Below the pieces are notes generated by a model. It did not search any database and was not told the origin of the DNA. It saw nothing but the letters and a program-made list of their open reading frames with translations. This document shows, one piece after another, positions 7,212 to 8,517 of a stretch of DNA of 8,517 bases; position 1 is the first letter of the stretch; the number at the start of each line of letters is the position of its first letter. The stretch lies in IMG/VR virus record IMGVR_UViG_2703718777_000017; one strand, given 5' to 3'. A program made the position numbers and the translations under genes. The stretch is from a virus (taxonomy: Duplodnaviria; Heunggongvirae; Uroviricota; Caudoviricetes).

Positions 7212-7248
7212 AAAAAAAGGCGAAGCGTGTTATTCACGCCACGCCTCT
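7212..7248 (-). terminator. Rho-independent terminator immediately downstream of the capsid-like gene
   Basis: On the minus strand the transcript reads as a GC-rich hairpin (GGCG-UG-GCGUG-AAUAA-CACGC-UU-CGCC) followed by UUUUUUUAUUUAUUUUU; on the plus strand this is the A-run at 7212-7218 preceding the stem. It begins 17 nt after the stop codon of the 342-aa gene (7265-7267). Confidence 0.6.
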
Positions 7249-7264
7249 ATTACACGTTAAAATA

Positions 7265-8293
7265 TTATTTAACAGTGATTTGAACGGAGAAGCCAACGCC
7301 GTGGTTTACAACCATCTGGCTATTCTCTGTAACAACGTTAACAGCATCACCACGAGAAGATTCATAGCTGTAGCTATACACCTCAGCAGGAGCGGCATTG
7401 ATCAGTTCAAAGGTGCTGGAAGCAGCCCCGTAGATGTTCTGATATACATTAGAGCCTTTAGCAAACTTCGGAACCGCTACAGCGTCTGCGGTCATATGTG
7501 CAAGGTGTAGCGGATCTACCAGTTTAACAACATCAATGTTAGTTCCTGGAATAGTGAACGCTGTCACCCCCGGTAGCAGGTCACGACGCTGATACACAAC
7601 GTTCCCTTCTTCCAGTGGGCTTACATACTGGAATGCGTTTGCCATACCCGCAGAGAATCGAATTGCAGAGAAGGCTTCAGGTTTACAGAACACAACAACA
7701 CGCTCAATGGTTGCAGCCTGTTTTTGTGCCTTAGCAATCATATCCGTAGCAATCTGATCAAATTCTTTAAAAATCTTCGTGGTGTCAGTGCTGGAAGCGT
7801 TCACAGTGGCTTTCATAGCTGATACGTTAAACAGCTTGCCCCATTCGATAAGAACATCATCAGTTTTAGGCGTGTAAGTTTTACCGCTAAACAGAGATGC
7901 AGCCAGCACGCTCTCTTTTGTACGCTGATACGCTACGTGGTGTTTAGCAACATAGTCAGCATAGATATCAGTGAGTGTTTCCTGAAAATCAGTGCCAGGC
8001 TTACGCTTGCCTTGAACATCAGAAGGACGGATCACATCTTCACGAAGAAAATACGGGATTTCAATAAGCCATTCTTTACCTTGTTCTCGCTTAGTAACGT
8101 TGTGTTCAGAAGAGAAACGAGAGGTTTCTTTGTTAAAGAGAGATTCGTTGCTTTCGACAAGCTGGGAAACAGCTACTTTATGAGAACTAACGCCCACCGG
8201 ATCAGTGAAGTCGAGGGTAGAGAGCAGAAAGTTACGCGTGCTGTGTGTCTGGAAAAGCGGAGCTAAATCAACGTAATCATTACCTAGAATCAT
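7265..8293 (-). CDS. Putative phage major capsid-like protein, 342 aa (family assignment tentative)
   Basis: ATG at 8293 (minus) preceded by AAGGAA with a 6-nt spacer, 15 bp after the stop of the upstream partial gene. Followed by a strong intrinsic terminator, as expected for an abundantly expressed structural gene. The segment IERVVVFCKPEAFSAI resembles, from memory, the DRVFYCDPDSYSAI segment of T7-type (HK97-fold) major capsid proteins. Size is typical of HK97-fold capsid proteins. No search or structure prediction was possible. Confidence 0.6.
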   Translation of the reverse strand: MILGNDYVDLAPLFQTHSTRNFLLSTLDFTDPVGVSSHKVAVSQLVESNESLFNKETSRFSSEHNVTKREQGKEWLIEIPYFLREDVIRPSDVQGKRKPGTDFQETLTDIYADYVAKHHVAYQRTKESVLAASLFSGKTYTPKTDDVLIEWGKLFNVSAMKATVNASSTDTTKIFKEFDQIATDMIAKAQKQAATIERVVVFCKPEAFSAIRFSAGMANAFQYVSPLEEGNVVYQRRDLLPGVTAFTIPGTNIDVVKLVDPLHLAHMTADAVAVPKFAKGSNVYQNIYGAASSTFELINAAPAEVYSYSYESSRGDAVNVVTENSQMVVNHGVGFSVQITVK

Positions 8294-8308
8294 TTATTAT
8301 TCCTTTTA

Positions 8309-8517
8309 TTAAGAAGTGAAAACAGAATGGAACCCTTCAAGCTGAAAGCCTTTTTTAATTAATGCTGTTTTTGCTGCTTCACTTACAGCATTCAGGGCAT
8401 CAGCTTTGATGCATACAAGCCCAGCATTGCTACGTAGCACATCTACAGGCTTGTTTTCCCCAGCCGTTACAAATTCACTCAGAACAACATTGATCTTACC
8501 CAGCAATAGTGGACACG
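8309..8517 (-). CDS. Hypothetical protein, C-terminal part only (gene starts beyond the window); possibly a scaffold or head-associated partner of the capsid-like gene
   Basis: The minus-strand frame is open from the window edge (8517) to TAA at 8309-8311. The ORF track's start at 8506 is a TTG and probably not the true start. Stop is 15 bp upstream of the capsid-like gene's ATG, so co-transcription is likely. Confidence 0.5.
   Translation of the reverse strand, partial: CPLLLGKINVVLSEFVTAGENKPVDVLRSNAGLVCIKADALNAVSEAAKTALIKKGFQLEGFHSVFTS

Larger units (their letters stand above)
2740..8517. mobile_element. AT-rich integrative element (prophage-like or satellite-like island), integrase-proximal end; continues beyond the window
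   Basis: Abrupt compositional shift at about 2740-2760. Contains a tRNA-fragment-like att core, a tyrosine integrase, and a convergent array of uncharacterised genes with strong SD sequences and intrinsic terminators. The left boundary is approximate; the right boundary is not in the window. Confidence 0.6.

Noticed and set aside
4793-8266. Plus-strand ORFs antisense to the cargo genes (4793-5077, 5680-5865, 6475-6738, 7280-7510, 7937-8266), including a Cys-rich one
   Set aside because: All lie antisense within longer minus-strand genes that have good SDs. The Cys-rich run at 6475-6738 is simply the complement of the Gln/Ala codon repeats (CAG/CAA/GCA) of the coiled-coil region.
7265-8293. 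Lambda gpE-like major capsid (similar length, 341 vs 342 aa)
   Set aside because: I see no sequence resemblance to lambda gpE as I recall it, and the neighbouring genes do not resemble lambda D/E/FI/FII spacing.
1-8517. CRISPR array, rRNA or intact tRNA genes
   Set aside because: No regularly spaced direct repeats were seen. No sequence with a full tRNA cloverleaf was found; only a 3'-end-like fragment at 2862-2880. Nothing resembles rRNA.

Overview
The window spans a junction between conserved GC-rich chromosome and an AT-rich, horizontally acquired integrative element. Bases 1-2738 carry the 3' part of an aldehyde-oxidoreductase operon: the C-terminal ~460 codons of a xanthine-dehydrogenase-family molybdopterin subunit (paoC-like), an XdhC-type cofactor-insertion chaperone (paoD-like, 318 aa), and a 136-aa chimeric relic ORF (yagP-like) joining a short nucleotidyltransferase-like N-terminus to a LysR-family C-terminal fragment. 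Composition then drops abruptly, from roughly 60-70% GC to roughly 40% by eye on sampled lines. The AT-rich part begins with a 13-19 nt match to the 3' end of tRNA-Thr (thrW-like, recalled from memory) and a tyrosine integrase (2967-4301, +). Converging on the integrase is a minus-strand gene array of uncharacterised proteins: a partial gene at the window edge, a 342-aa capsid-like protein followed by a strong intrinsic terminator, then 66-aa, 609-aa (coiled-coil, tape-measure/ejection-like) and 237-aa proteins. No rRNA, intact tRNA or CRISPR array is visible. The cargo array is the most interesting part: it looks virion-structural but shows no terminase, portal or tail genes in-window and sits directly against the integrase, so it may belong to an undescribed prophage or satellite-like element, or be a non-phage system. 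All functional calls in the AT-rich region are unverified inferences from sequence features and recalled motifs.
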